Assembly (NCBI GenBank): GCA_903813345.2
Contig: CAIIXF020000001.1
Span: forward strand, 14,074,001 to 14,138,000
DNA: 64,000 nt
Direction: 5' to 3'
Source: Owenia fusiformis
Lineage: Eukaryota
Shown: piece after piece, positions 23,226 to 37,378 of the stretch
How the letters are laid out: each line of letters opens with the position of its first letter
How positions within the stretch are numbered: position 1 is the stretch's first letter
The notes under the pieces: generated by a model
What the model was told of the DNA's origin: nothing
The model's input: only the letters and a program-made list of their open reading frames with translations
Database searches by the model: none
Translations under genes and position numbers: made by a program

Positions 23226-23719
23226 AAATATAAAGAAGATGGGAGTAAACAAGACAATTTGTTCCCATAATTCCATGTGATCGGACTTTTGATTGACACT
23301 TGGAAGTCCTAAAATGCATCCTTGACAATCTGATCTTGCTTAGTTTAAGTTGATTCTCAATCTTACCATCAATCTCATCGATCTCTTGTGGACATTTTGT
23401 CATCAATTATATTTCATATCCCCTTGGTCCTTTAACTTACTTTTAGCAAGAACAATCAACTGAAATATTCAAAAACGGGTTCAATGGTGGTTCAATGTGT
23501 GGTAGTTTACATATTTTTGATATTTATTCAAGCCTGAACGATTGTTGTTTTCATGATTTTCCCAACTCCTAAACATGCTAAACGCGAATCCAGACAGAAT
23601 CGCCTAATTGCAAAGGACATGAAGTACAGCTTGCTTTTCAAGTATTGTTATGTCACCCGTGTAACTTTTAGACCTAGGTAAAGTATGATAGATGATCTGA
23701 AACGTAAATCTGAAATGTT

Positions 23720-23940
23720 AAGTGCCCAAGTAGTGAGTTGGTACTCGTAGGAAGAGTGTCATATCCTGGTTTTATCCAGATAGAGAATAAATGAGCGCCC
23801 TTATGTCAACTGTGCCAGAGTTCTGGGGATTGCCATTGACCTTGACCTGTTTGTCTGTCTGTTTGGGCAGTCATTCCCATTCGTCAAACTCTGTCCAATC
23901 CCATCTTCCATTTACTATTTCTGTCACATCACTCCCTTTA
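23720..23940 (-). mobile_element. Possible decayed non-LTR retrotransposon fragment (RLE clade, HERO/NeSL-like)
   Basis: Minus-strand peptide scraps GRWDWTEF...ELW...GYDTLPTSTN resemble the 'WT.W...LW...YD.LP.P.NL' block. Broken frames. Confidence 0.3.
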
Positions 23941-24061
23941 TTAGGTGCTTTTGACATTTGGACTAAATGCTGCATGATTTTACTTATCAAAGTGAATTTA
24001 AATCAAACGATGGGATGCATATTCCAAGATGCAAAAGTAAAGTGAATCGATACGATATCTA

Positions 24062-25031
24062 CAGGGTGACACCCACATAATGTTGCATTTTTATGCAATG
24101 ATTACTGACTTGTTCTTTAGCACATAATATCAAGACTCCATGGAGCAAATCCACAAGAAGTTTCAGATGACTAGCTCAACTGGATGCACTTTTATGAGCG
24201 TTATAAGATTTGCTCTAAATGTCAGGCACATCTGGATTCTATGAGTAAAGTTATTGACGACCCAAATTCCCTCACAGAAATGGCCCTGATCTTTCTGGTC
24301 ATCTTCAGGTGTTTTATGGTTTGTTACACGATCCTTCAAGTACCCCCATGCTGGTGATCCACTCGATTACGCTGGTTCGTTTCGGTAACAAAGTGTCGGA
24401 ACATCGAAGCTACGATTTTTCTTTTTTCCTTATTTCACACCTTGTAGGCACAATTCTCACGGCATTTTTAACACAATCGTGTATCAGTAACATATGTTTA
24501 AGACTTAAGTTATAGAAACGGGATTTCGAAAAACAGTTAATCTGTACTTTTAACCCAAACCGTTTCTGTAACTTAAGTGAGGGATTAAATCGACGATTCT
24601 GTTGTCTTCTAAGCTATTTTCGCAAACATGTAAATTTCTAAAACATATGATAATGATAAATGTTTGTGAGAAAAAACGTCGTGGGGATTCTGCCTACAAC
24701 GCGTGAAATAGGGGAAAAGGAAAAATCGTACCTTCGACGTTCTGACATTTTGTTACCGAAACAGAGTATTCGAGTGGATCACCAGTGCCTCAGAGATAAA
24801 AATCTGGGGGGTGGTGGTCGATAACTTTGCCAGTAGAATCCAGAAGTCTGCCTGCAATGAAAAGGACGGCATCTAGAAGAGTACATCTTGTAACGGTCAT
24901 AAAAGTGCACCTAGTTAGACTAGTCGATCATCTCAAACATCTTATGGAGTTGCTCCATGGAGTCTAGTTTAAATCTACAGAAGTCAGGAATCGTACTGTC
25001 AAAAAAGGTATTTAACATTAGTGTCACCCTG
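24062..25031. mobile_element. ~970-bp fold-back Tc1/mariner-type MITE
   Basis: TA|CAGGGTGACAC...GTGTCACCCTG|TA. Several internal blocks pair across the centre (TCCATGGAGCAA, GCACTTTTATGA, CTGGTGATCCACTCGA, GTTTCGGTAACAAA). Confidence 0.85.
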
Positions 25032-26707
25032 TATATCACCAATACTGTATCAACAATAAATGGCAGTTAAAACAAGACTGCATATGGAATACCATACGTA
25101 GTACACATGTCTTTAAACATGAATAAGTATAAATGGCCGAGTGATCTATTAGGGGTGACGCTTTCTATCGTTTTCTATCGTTGTTCTATGTGTTTGAAAA
25201 GAATCCTTTTCAGCTTTTTACACCTAGCATGTCCATGCATACGTCTACAGCCCGATGTGTAGTATCTATTGGGGGGAGGGGGCTCTATTGCCTCTCTGCA
25301 GCCTGGTGTAGTATTTATTGCCTTTGTTTTTTCTCTAGTGACCTTATTCGGCTTTTAGTCATACATATTCAGATCCTTGAAGATGCAAATAGAAACATTG
25401 ACAAAATCCCTGGAGGAGAATTATTTCATCTATGCAGTGATTCATCTTTGTTTTCTTTATTTGTCTAAAATGCAGATCAGGGTAGACTTGCCTAATGCAC
25501 AAAATACTAACCCCCAATCTCTAGAGCCGACAAGGCGTAGCTTTGGGAACACGTTAATATGTAATTAAGCAAATCTGAATTCCGGGACTAGAGATTCGCT
25601 AAGTACTTCCATACTAGTATGTCCCATGATTGAAAATAGTTGAAGCTATTTGACAAATGTTCCACTAATTGCCTGCATCACTGGGACACATTTATCTGGT
25701 AGAGCTTGACGGATGTATTTCTGTAAATTCACTAAATAATTGCCATAAAAGCAGGAGGTGGTAAAAAGATAAAAACAAATTAACAAAATTCAATAATACC
25801 TGAAAGAGACAGGAGATTGAATAAAGCGGCGTCTAGCTTTTATCGAGGTTCAAACTGCCACTTTCGCAACTACTAACTGCCTAGCTACACGTGAATAAAT
25901 ATAGCGGGAACGAAATTGAAAGGCATCACATGGATTGGATAATAATTCACTGAAAGGGAATAAATTTTAGGGAGTTTTTATTTTGCTGACACCCTCCAGC
26001 AGCTGTCGAAGTATCATCTAAGGTAAACAATTAATAATCTGTCATCGCAAAGTAACGTTAAAAAAATAATTATATTAATACTTGTCAAAATATCTGAGAA
26101 GCAAGATTTAATACTTATTAAAGTTATATCTTTAAATTATTAGTTTGTAAAAATAACACATTTCCGATACTCTTTTGAAAAATAAGCATTATAAATGTAG
26201 TGTATTAAATATATATTTACTTTTAATAAAATGAGTAAGTTTTCAAAAACACAAAAATACATAATGTTTTTAACAGACGTTTTTGATAAAATTGCCGTTA
26301 CCGATGTTTTGGACTTACTACACGTGAAAATAAAATAGTGGTCATTTTATAATACTTTTAGTCAGTATTTTCATACTTTCGGGAAGGCAAAAACTACGAG
26401 GAGCAGCTTAAATGATTTGAAATAGCTTTATAGCATTTAAGGGATTAAAAAAGTAACTTGAGCAAAATTGAGTTTTTATCTTTTCATTTCCCCATTCCCA
26501 ACAATGGGCCAATAGAGAAATTATTCTGTTATGTGCCAAATAGTCTCAATTAAAGACGTCAGATCGACAATTAGATCTGAATAGGAACATCCCAAATGAG
26601 CTCAGTTGAACAAAAAGCTTTCCGTAAAGTAATGTTACATCAGAATTAAATTTTTGAGCTAATGCAACAAAAAGCTTCACCAAAGTGCACCGTTATTTCA
26701 TTACAAC

Positions 26708-26789
26708 TACCCATTGTATTCGTTCGACTTCGCTCCTTAAAAGAGAGCTTCGTCTTCAGTAGTTTTAACAAGAATCTGCGCGCAGGATA
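26708..26789. mobile_element. ~80-bp mini-element family, copy 1
   Basis: Aligns with 28388-28470 and 44759-44835. Confidence 0.75.
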
Positions 26790-27314
26790 CAATTACATCT
26801 TACTTAGGCGATGCGTTCTGAGTGATTGACTGTTTATTTATTTGTTTTAACAAAATAAATGATTGATCAAATCCTGAAGTTTCTTATTCATAGACACAAA
26901 GAAACAGTAGTATGAAATACTGAAATTACACTTTAGTAAATAAGAGTAGCGATGTCATCAGAGTTATGATGAACTAGTCAGCCGTTATATTTTTATTCAT
27001 TATCCATGTGTCTTAACTGTTGATCTTAGGTTATTTCTAGGATGAAGAGGATTATCTTCAACCGCTCTTAGGTAATAGGATCAAGGTAGAGCATCTGTCA
27101 GTCTTTCTTGCACGTCTCCTTATTATACACTCGAACTAAGCACGCTAAACGACGGCTTTATTTTAGTTTTAATATTTCTGTAATATATAATTATTATATT
27201 ATCTCCAATCAATGGAGGGGAAATAAATCAAATAATAATAATAAAAAAAAACAATGACAATTGTTGGCGAAGTTGATTTTCAAGTTAGATTCATTATGCA
27301 TTTTGTATCATTAT

Positions 27315-27660
27315 CCAAGTCAAGATGGTCCTATCTATCAGGACCTGCCTCAGCCGAGGTAAGTCAAGATGAATATAATCTACCAAGACAAGTCAAGATG
27401 ATCATGACCTATTGATACAAGTCAAGATGATTATGACCTGATACAATGATGCATCCAAGATAAGTTAAACAGAATAATTACGAACTATTTAAACAAGACA
27501 AAATGATTTTTACCTACCGAGAAAAGCCAAGATGATCATGACTTTTGATTCAGATAAATCAAATTGATTGTGATTCGCCGAGGCAAGTCAAGAATATATA
27601 AGTTACAGTGCCAGGAGATAAGTCAAGATGATTTTGATCTACCAATTAAAGTCAACGTGG
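27315..27660. repeat. Degenerate minisatellite, ~30-35-bp unit with core CAAGTCAAGATGA
   Basis: Core recurs about 8-10 times with decaying spacers. Confidence 0.7.
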
Positions 27661-28387
27661 TTATGAAATATTGAGCCTACTGAAGATGAAATAGTGAGGC
27701 AAATCGATAAGACTGTTACACTAAGAAAGTCAAAATGAGACAGCAAAATGTCATTGAAAATTTTTCCTTAGTTTATCACATACGTGTTCGGCATGCAGAT
27801 GCAAAATGAAAATATATTTTGATAACACTAATGCATAAAACGAGTTTATAATGATGAGTCTATAATCATCTACAGACATTTTTTATCCTTTAACAAGGAA
27901 TTGATGGATCCTCAAGACATGGGAAACAAGTTTAGATACAAGATGGCTACTCAATTTGGCAGAAGTGGTTGTCTAATGAAATGTGAGATTATATTTTAAG
28001 GAACTGTCCCAACTAATTATTCCTTGAATGTAGTCATTATCAAGCACTTGCTTTGACCAGGCATCACCTATTTTTGCAGTTTGTGAGTGTCGGGGTTGGC
28101 TGCTGATAGCAATTTACCACATCTTATGATTTAATCGCATCCTAATATCGAATACATGTGTTGTTGTTAAAGTTAAATGATAGTCTTCAAAATCACTTTT
28201 AACAAAAGTGACCCATGACATTGAGTCATGGCAAATGATTAAAATTGATGACACATTATTCTCAATCAAGACACATAATTTAGAGTCATTACGGATATTT
28301 CAAAACGAGGGAACATATAGAGTAGAGTGATGGCATGTAGTTTCGAGCCAATACATGTGATTTAGAGTCATGGAGTATTATTAAGAG

Positions 28388-28470
28388 TACCCTTTGCATT
28401 CGTTCGACTTCGCTTCTCAAAAGAGAGCTTCGTCGTCAGTAGTTTATAACTAAACTCTGAGCGCAGGGTA
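28388..28470. mobile_element. ~80-bp mini-element family, copy 2 (9-bp TSD)
   Basis: Termini TACCCT...AGGGTA. Flanks TATTAAGAG / TATTACGAG. Confidence 0.8.
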
Positions 28471-31400
28471 TATTACGAGTCAAGATGGCACGATTAATAT
28501 CCATCCAAGTCACAGTAGGTGTATCAAACGTGTGAAGTGTCAAAATCAGTTGAACAGCTAGGATATTCAAATAAAATCAGGGAAAATATTCCCCTTTACA
28601 GTTGAGTATCGTATTAGGTAAAAACTAATTCCATTCCATTCAGATCACTTTGTACAACTAAGTTCGATTTCTAATCATATTTGAGCATCTCTTCTCTTCA
28701 CCTATAAGATCAACTGATATTGAAAAGCCATACATAAAATTATTTAAAGGGTCTGACTTGCAATATATCAATGACAATTGTGTTTTGAATTGTTATTTAT
28801 TTTCTACATAAAAAAGATTTAAATATATAGTTGTTATTGTTTACTGTTTCAAAAAAGTTCATTCTACTGAATATAGAAAATTTCTGCGCTTTAAATTTTC
28901 AATAACTTTTATAATCCTTCTCGGAAATTAAGTGAGGATTGTAAGGAAAATATTGGCATGCTTTTTGTATATTGCTTCCAACATTTTACACGACATTCTT
29001 CATCCCTTCTTAATCCTTTAAGTCATAGTTCGTTATTATAGAGCTAACTATGAAACAGAACTCCTCAATTCAAATCAGAATGAATTATTCGTGTACTCAC
29101 ATTATTTTGTCACATTAGTCCATAGAAAAAAGAATAGTTGGCAAAAGTACGATAACTATGTTATGTTTCTTTATTCCCTCCGTTTAATCGGAGAGCAAAA
29201 CAATTTATACATGTATATCACATTACAGAACAAATATTACAGAAGATAATAACTGCATATCTTTTGGATATTATGTGAAAATTTCATGAAAGAATATTAA
29301 AAACCTTTGAAATGAGAGCATTTTCCGTGAACATATTGAACGCCTTTGAAAAAAAGAAGCGTTCTTATTGATATTTGTTCTGTTTATGAATGCCATTTTC
29401 TCCGGATTTTATTTGATCGTAATTTTGTTTTTAGAGTTATTTTGTTGAAATATACTGCACCTCATTTGAAATGTACGTGTTTTAACACTATAGCGAGACT
29501 TTAATGCCTCAATGATTCTTAGGTATAGTTTAGAAGGAAAGAATAGTCCTCGAGAATATATTTCCTTAGCTTTCATTCTTCAAAATCCTTGATATTTTGA
29601 TTTTAGTTTATGGCAAACATAAACATTACATTTATGAATTATATTTAATATCTATGTTAATAACCCTCATGAAACATGATTATTAGAAAGTGGGTATCCC
29701 AGGGGGAAAAATTGTGAATCGTTTTTACAAATTAGTATGTAGTATTTTTGATAGGTAAAAAAGGTGGTGATAAAATTCATGAAGCACACTCTATGGATGA
29801 CGGGACATATTGTTACGTAAAATTATATAATAAATCAAAACATCGGTGGCATATCTCTAGACCTGATATATTAAATTACAGCTAATCAGAACATAGAATT
29901 CCAGATATATTCAACTAACTAATTGTTTACTTTCTAAAATAAAAATCCAGGCATATGTAATTATACCAGATTCAAACGGAGAAGGAAATTTTCGGGAACA
30001 GTCATCCAAAATTTGGATGGGTGTCAAAATGGCCTACTTGGCAGCAATTGAAATCTGTTCTGTTTTATGAAACTGTTTTGGCATGTGTGAAAATGACCTT
30101 CGGTCTTGGTTTAAGGAATAAAAAACGCATTGAGGCCAGTGCTTAAAACCTTACACCATAAATACCCAGGTATGTTCTGTAATAACATACCGGTACATGA
30201 ATAATTCACATTGGCCTTTTCAAAATGTGTCCCGAAAACACGGATCCTGAGCCAGATCCAATAAACAGGCAATAGTCCTACAATACCTCTGGTGGAGGAA
30301 TTTAAAGCAGTGTAATGTATACTAGTTCTAAATGCCCCTGGGAAAAAATCTTTAATGTATAATGTATTTTTATCTTATTCTGTTGGATCTGATAAGAATA
30401 TTTTAAGAGAGATGTTTTAAATTGGGGATTATGTTATAAAACAGACTTATTTTATGATCTTAGAATTTTGCGCTTTTGTGCTCTCCAACTTTTGTGTTAC
30501 AAGAGTTCCGTTTCTGATCAACCATACTGAATTAAATGTTGGATCAGTCATAACGAGCAAGATTTCAAAATTTGTCTCAATTTCTGAATCTTTTTAGATG
30601 TCATCATTTCCTCCTTGCCTACTTTTTAGAAAAGATGTCGTGAATCATAATATCCTTATATATCTTATTCTGGCCAATTATTCTATTAATATATGTGTGG
30701 GATGATAAATCATACATTGGTTGATAAGGGACAAAATATATGTTAAGTGTAATTGAATACGTTTCGGGGGTGTACCAAAGTTCCACTACAATTTGTCAAC
30801 CAATCTTGATTTTTAATTTGAAAAGAAAATTGATAATAAAATGCAATTTTATAGGGAGGAGTGGGCTGATTTTAAATGTCATAAATTTATTACCTTTGGG
30901 GACGTACATCATCGATGTATTGAACCTTGTTGTTTCTAGACACTTTTTGAAAGATAAGAAAGATAAATGTTTTTGTCAGTGCTATTCAAATACAATCTAA
31001 GGGAGAAAAATGTACAACCAGGTCTGCTTATTGGACCATACTAACATCACGGTGAACATGTTCTTTTAATGAATACTAGCGTACAAAGTGATAAACAGAT
31101 ATCTAATATGTCATATTAAATACTGATCTTATTGGCTTTTTAGAGCAATTGATGTGTAAATCAATGTGAATTATGACAACTCTGTATGATAGTTGTACCA
31201 ACTGACAGGCATTATTTAAAGTCACTCCACCAAGTAACATTATGATAAAGTTCTTACATTAATTATTTTTGCTGACATGATTGAATGTGTCATTACAATT
31301 CATGAAATGGTAAACGTAATGATAATAGCGATTTTATGGGTTATTAGGGCCAAATGTTGTTACCTCGTTTGTCTACTGTTCAATAAATCCAATAGCCCAC

Positions 31401-33174
31401 TCCTTTTTATCCCACAACAAACAACTTGAGAATTTAATCTATCGAACTTCTGATTCACACATAGTTAGGCAATCCTTGTCGTTTTTGACCAATCAAAATG
31501 CAGTATCAACATGCATTATATACAGATATATGCATGGGTTTAATGCATGTTTTTGATCATCAATTTTGAACATTTTGAAAGCCCTTCTGACCCCCTCCTC
31601 CTACGATAAGGGTTAAAGCGAAAAGCAGAAAACAGTTATAAGCAGCCTACCAGTACATGTAAAGTAATTCATAATTTCTAAAATAATTTTTGTCATAAAC
31701 TAAATGTAACTAAATATCATTAGTCGTCCGTGCTTCCTTAGCAAATACGTCATGTATGTTCGGAATGATTCATTATGAGTTGCCATGCCTATATCCTAAG
31801 TGTTTTCTAAATAGATTTAAATTTAGTTGTGAGCACTAACGAGATAAATCAACCTCATTCCATCCTTCATTCAAAGGGCTTCATTAATTCCTCAATGGAA
31901 ACAAGTGAAATACTATTGGACCAAGGATGCCTAATTCGCATTCTATACCAGAATTCTAGACTGACAATTTCATTAATTGATATTACTTCGAGTGGCATGT
32001 TTATGGTGATATCCTATTTAAAACGATGACTGTTACTATAAAATAATGGCCGATATACTATTTTCTATTAAGTATTACGAGCGAATACGAGGCATTGCGC
32101 CAATCCATTTACAATGACGCGTCCTTATAATCCTGGACTAAGAATAATGTGACAGGTTGATGACGATGTACAAAACAATTACTTTGATTGCAGATTTATT
32201 GATAATGATCAACTATCTAAGTTAATGTGAAATAGTTATACAGTTAATTTACAGTGGTAACATTAGCAAAATGATTGAACTTTCAATTTTAGTTTTACAT
32301 CAGGGAGTTCCATTAGTTTGAGTGCTAACATTCTGGAAAATAAAACATTATTGGATCAGTCGATAACACTTGCAATGAGACAGGAAAATGCATGAATGAA
32401 CTGGCAGTTAAATACAAATACGACAAACTTGGGACATAAAGTCTCCAAAACCCCAAAATAAGTAGCAAGGTGTGTTCTTAGATGCAGGGATTAAAATAAA
32501 TTTAGTTTGAATGCAACATTAAGAACAGGTTGCATACAGTGATAAATCCCTATAACTGTATTAATGAAACAAGATAAAATTGACCCTGAAATTTAAGCTC
32601 ACGAATTTCTACAACATTTCAATGCAAGCTCATTACATGAATTATTAACGAAATATGCTTTTAAAAATCTCAGAGGCGATCATTGGTGCCTGTTTTACTA
32701 TTAATAATTAATAAAACATTCCTATTTGTTATTTCCTTTGTCTGTTTTTTAAAACTGATGACTTTTTGTAAGGTACTTTGAATCTAGAAACATTTTTATT
32801 AATGAAAGGTGCATAGAGATAAACTGATTTACACAGTTTCAACATGGGATTGGAAAATCCCGAGGGTTTATTAGAAATTACTATAAAAACATTATTTTAG
32901 ATATCCGTTGAGTGTTTTTTAATCCTTGTAGGTGTATGTAGATTACCGTATGTATGTTTAATGTAAGATACAATATTTGAACAGACTGTTCCTAAAGTGA
33001 TTGCACTGGACATTCTCGAATTTCTAACCCTTAAATCGAATTATATATAAATAGATGAAAAACTGTGACGCAAAGGGCATGGCAGATGCCATCGAACACC
33101 TTGCCAACGTCAGACAAGCATGCCAACCATCAATTCTCAAAATGGCCTCAATCAAAACGAATCGATAATACCCG

Positions 33175-34033
33175 AGGGGTCATTCATCAAGCTATCGCAA
33201 TAACTGCAACGTCGCAGACACTGCGACCACCGTGCGACGTCGCAGTGACTGCGACTGCGACCTATTCATTAACAAATCGCAGTCTGCGATGTCCCTGCGA
33301 CCAGTCGCAGTGATTACCACGTGCACGTGCTTGTACACGTGTTTGTTATCCTTTCGAGATCCTGTTGTATCATTTCGTAAAGTTTTATAATGGTTAACCT
33401 AGGCATGCGATATCGCAAAATAAGGTCCACATCATCGTATATTTGAAGAGGATCTGTACGATCTCTAAATACGCGTTCTCTACGTAGAGTGTTGCGGTTG
33501 AAATCAACCCTCAGTTGCGCCATTTTGAACGAATAAATGCTGCTAATAGACGATTAAACACGTCATGCAAGATTGACAATATGATATTGATGGATACTGA
33601 GTGGGTACAGCCACGTGGGTTCAAACCACGTGTAACGCACAATCACTGCGACCGGTCGCACGGTGAAGTACTTAAAAATACAAGCCGAAAACTAGCTGTT
33701 TTTGATAGCATCACAAACATGTTAAACATAATGCATATGTTGTGCAATTTTAATATATCATGGATCGAATATCGATCTGTACGTCCTAGAATTTCCATAT
33801 AATTTCATAAAGAAATTCAATTAATTTAAGACATTTTTCTTGAACTTAAATCACTGCGACTGGGTACCACCGGTCGCTTAAATTTGGGCCATTATAGGGG
33901 TATTTCACTGCGACGTCGCAGGAAATTCTACCGATCGCAGTCGCACGAGATTGATGAGTAGGACGTAATCGCTAAAAAGGGCCCTTGCGACATCGCAGGC
34001 TTGCGACGTGCTTGCGATAGCTTGATGAATTAC
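33175..34033 (-). mobile_element. PIF/Harbinger internal-deletion derivative, copy 1
   Basis: TIR AGGGGTCATTCATCAAGCT (right TIR clipped). The minus-strand ORF 33314-33523 (RRERVFRDRTDPLQIYDDVDLILRYRMPR) matches the N-terminus of Harbinger/HARBI1-type transposases. Confidence 0.88.
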
Positions 34034-34455
34034 CATATACAATAACGTCATTTCGAAGGGCAATATAGTCACTATTTTGCCCGCAGAAATGAAGGGCAAA
34101 TATTGTCACTATATAGAACAGACCCGGTAAGGTGGTAATAATTGATATTAATGTGACATGCTTGCAAGTTTTGCAATCCTTCTTTTTTCGAGTTATTGTA
34201 GAATGACACTTTTGAACGTGACCACCATTGCTCAAAACGACCGCCTTATTGGGCAAAATGCAATTTTATCAAAATTGCTAGAATCACTTTTGCAGTTGGA
34301 GTAAAGTAAAACAACATACAAAAATGTTTACAATTTCTAAAAAATACCATAAAATTAACACTACACATAAGTAACCACAATTGCGATAGAATTTATACTC
34401 CCATTTGGGCATAGTCAAACGATATAAGGCAAAACATATTTTACTTATCGCCCGG

Positions 34456-35311
34456 AGGGGTCATTCATCAAGCTATCGCAATCACTGCGACGTAGCAGAC
34501 ACTGCGACCACCGTGCGAGGTCGCAGTGACTGCGACTGCGACCCATTCATTAACAAATCGCAGTCTGCGATGTCCATGCGACCAGTCGCAGTGATTACCA
34601 CGTGGACGTGCTTGTACACGTGTTAGTTATCCTTTCGAGATCCTCTTGTATCGATTTCGTAAACTTTTATAATAGTTAACCCTAGGCATGTGACATCGCA
34701 AAATAAGGTCCACATCATCGTTTATTTGAAGAGGATCTGTACGATCTCTAAGTACGCGTTCTATACGCAGAGCATTACGGTTGTAATCAACCATCAGTTG
34801 AACGAATAAACGCTTCCAGCAGACGATTAACATGTCATGCAAGATTGACAATATGGATACTGAGTGGGCACAGCCACGTGGGTCAAAACCACGTATAACG
34901 CACAATCACTGCGACCGGTCGCACGGTGAAGTACTTAAAAATACAAGCCGAAAACTAGCTGTTTTTGGTAGCATCACAAACATGTTAAACATAATGCATA
35001 TGCTCTGCAACTTTAATATAACATGGATCGAATATCGAACTATACGTCCTAGAATTTCTATATAATTTCATTAAGAAATTCAACTAATTTAAGACATTTT
35101 TCTTGAACTAAAATCACTGCGACTGGGTACCACCGGTCGCTTAAATTTGGGCCATTTTAGGGGTATTTCACTGCGACGTCGCAGAAAATTCTACCGATCG
35201 CAGTCGCACGAGATTGATGAATAGGACATAATCGCTAAAAAGGGCCCTTGCGACATCGCAGGCTTGCGACGTGCTTGCGACGTGCTTGCGACAGCTTGAT
35301 GAATGACCCCT
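34456..35311 (-). mobile_element. PIF/Harbinger internal-deletion derivative, copy 2 (both TIRs, CGG TSD)
   Basis: CGG|AGGGGTCATTCATCAAGCT...AGCTTGATGAATGACCCCT|CGG. Colinear with copy 1; transposase remnant frameshifted. Confidence 0.9.
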
Positions 35312-36681
35312 CGGACGCACTGTGGGACGGATGGACAGACGAATATAGAGGCGCTTTCTATATCCCCCGTCTTCGATTAGATAATTAGTGGAGGAACTGC
35401 ATTGATATTGATGATATAATTACAACGGTGTAATATGTTCTTGATATTGGTTGTCCCACTCATTTGCATTGGTTATTTGTCCCTTGTGGTATTTTTGTCC
35501 TACCAGTAAGTGATTTGTGGTACAAGTGATTAAGCTAAACTGCCAAGAAACCATATTCCTAAATCATTCCTGTTAAAGTACAAATACTAGAATAGTAGAG
35601 AACACAGTGGTCAAATGAATGACGCTATTTGTCTTAAGGTTCCAATATACCATTGGAAAGGTGGGTGTGTTTGGTTTAAGGATCTGATCTCCGTTCGGAT
35701 GTTTGCTTGTTACAACTGTTGAAAAATTAACCTTTTTTAGAATTATAGTTTGTCTTGTTAGTGTTTGGAAAAATTTGGGAATTTTCATTTTACTCAAAAA
35801 TGTATGTAAAAAGCATAGTCACATAGAAAGTGACACAAATATTTTCTACTATTGAAGTGTTCATTCCCCTCTTTTAAATGTAAAAGCGAATGAAAAATAT
35901 GCATGATGTAAAGAAGAAAGTTGGATATTTAAGTTCACAGAATAAATTTTGAACGTAAGTTCCTGATTTGCCTTGACATTTTTTATGACTCTTGAAGACA
36001 AAAATAGACCTGTGTTACAATATTAGACAAATTGATGATGGAAGATAAGTGAAATGTCATCCTCGATACTTAGTTCCTATATACTCTTTCTGATATGTCA
36101 AGCTGACTGTTACTTAGTCTACTTGGTCAAGCTAAAGATTAAGTCAACCTCTACCCAAGTAAAATTATACTATACTTGATTTTACAGCGATATTGATTAC
36201 AAGACAAAGAAACAATCCTTTAGGTTCATTGTTTCATAAAAAAGAATTGATCTTTTAACATTTCAATGAAAGTTTACAGTTGAAAAGTGTATAAATGAAC
36301 AAACACAAGGAGCATACACGACTCGAACTCGCAACCTCGTGAGATGGGTAAGGCGCCTTGTATAAATCACTTATCTGGGTGTCAATAACAGTTCATTATT
36401 CTATTACTATAGCGCCATTATATCCATAGTTTCAGCAATTAATTTAGGAATCCTTAGCTTTACGACATTTCTGTTAATATGACCCAAATTCACCCTGGTT
36501 TATCTACATAATTTACCTCGATATGGGCACATATAGGTTCAAAAATCATCATCGCTAGGCCTACCTTAAACCTTAACCTTCATCCTAGCCTTAACGTGCA
36601 AGGATAGGGACGAAATGATGAAATGATTCTTACCGACCCTCAATATTGTTATTTTTTCATCTTGCTATTTCAGAAGTCAAG

Positions 36682-36813
36682 ATGATCTCCAGGGGTTCCA
36701 TTAAGGCCGTCTTCCTGCTATTATGTACGACTTGTGTTAGTGCGGAGTTGATGGGATCTTCACGAGACAGTTCTTCACTGCAGGGGTCTTCACTCTCAAA
36801 TGATTACACAACT
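36682..36813 (+). CDS. Tachykinin-related neuropeptide precursor, signal-peptide exon (MISRGSIKAVFLLLCTTCVSA...)
   Basis: Acceptor tttcag| at 36673, ATG at 36682, hydrophobic signal peptide ending VSA, donor ACT|gtatgt in phase 0, in frame with the exon at 41897. Confidence 0.82.
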
Positions 36814-37378
36814 GTATGTATTATATCATAATATCATCCAGATAAGTTTAGTTAAAACATATCTTACAAGTAGAGTAAAAAATGCTACATAATGGTGCCA
36901 TCGACTGGACAATCCGTTGTATAGTAGGACTTCCTGTTATTTTATCTTTATTACAGCAATAAAACAGTACGGAAATTGATTTGGATAATTAAATATAATT
37001 TACAAAAAGCAATTGATTTTCGAAATACAATGTTAATATTCTCAAAGGTGCATTAAGAAATTAAAATACCATTAATTAATCAATGTTATAACATTTATTA
37101 AAATCAAACAACCTAAACGTCTATGAACCATGGGCTTTCAAGAGAGCCCATGTATGAATTAAAGTCATAATAATCAGTTACAGTGTTGCATCTCTAAAAA
37201 TGTTTAATCATAAATGAACAGTCCAGATTTTACGATGAAAAATCAAACTAAACCACTTAAATAAAAAAGGAGGTGCATGAATTTAGACTATCCCGTCTCT
37301 TTTTATGAGAAGCCTTCATGAAAATGCGGTAAAAGTTATATTAGTTGAGCTTCTGAGTGTAGTACAAAAACATTGCGT

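Noticed and set aside
26708-28470. Hammerhead ribozyme in the 80-bp element (minus-strand CTGA(A/C)GA...GAA)
   Set aside because: No GAAA after a closing stem II, no stems I/III, and the third copy lacks the CTGA core.
36310-36360. tRNA gene on the minus strand (B-box-like GAGTTCGAGTC)
   Set aside because: No acceptor stem or cloverleaf; at most a SINE remnant.
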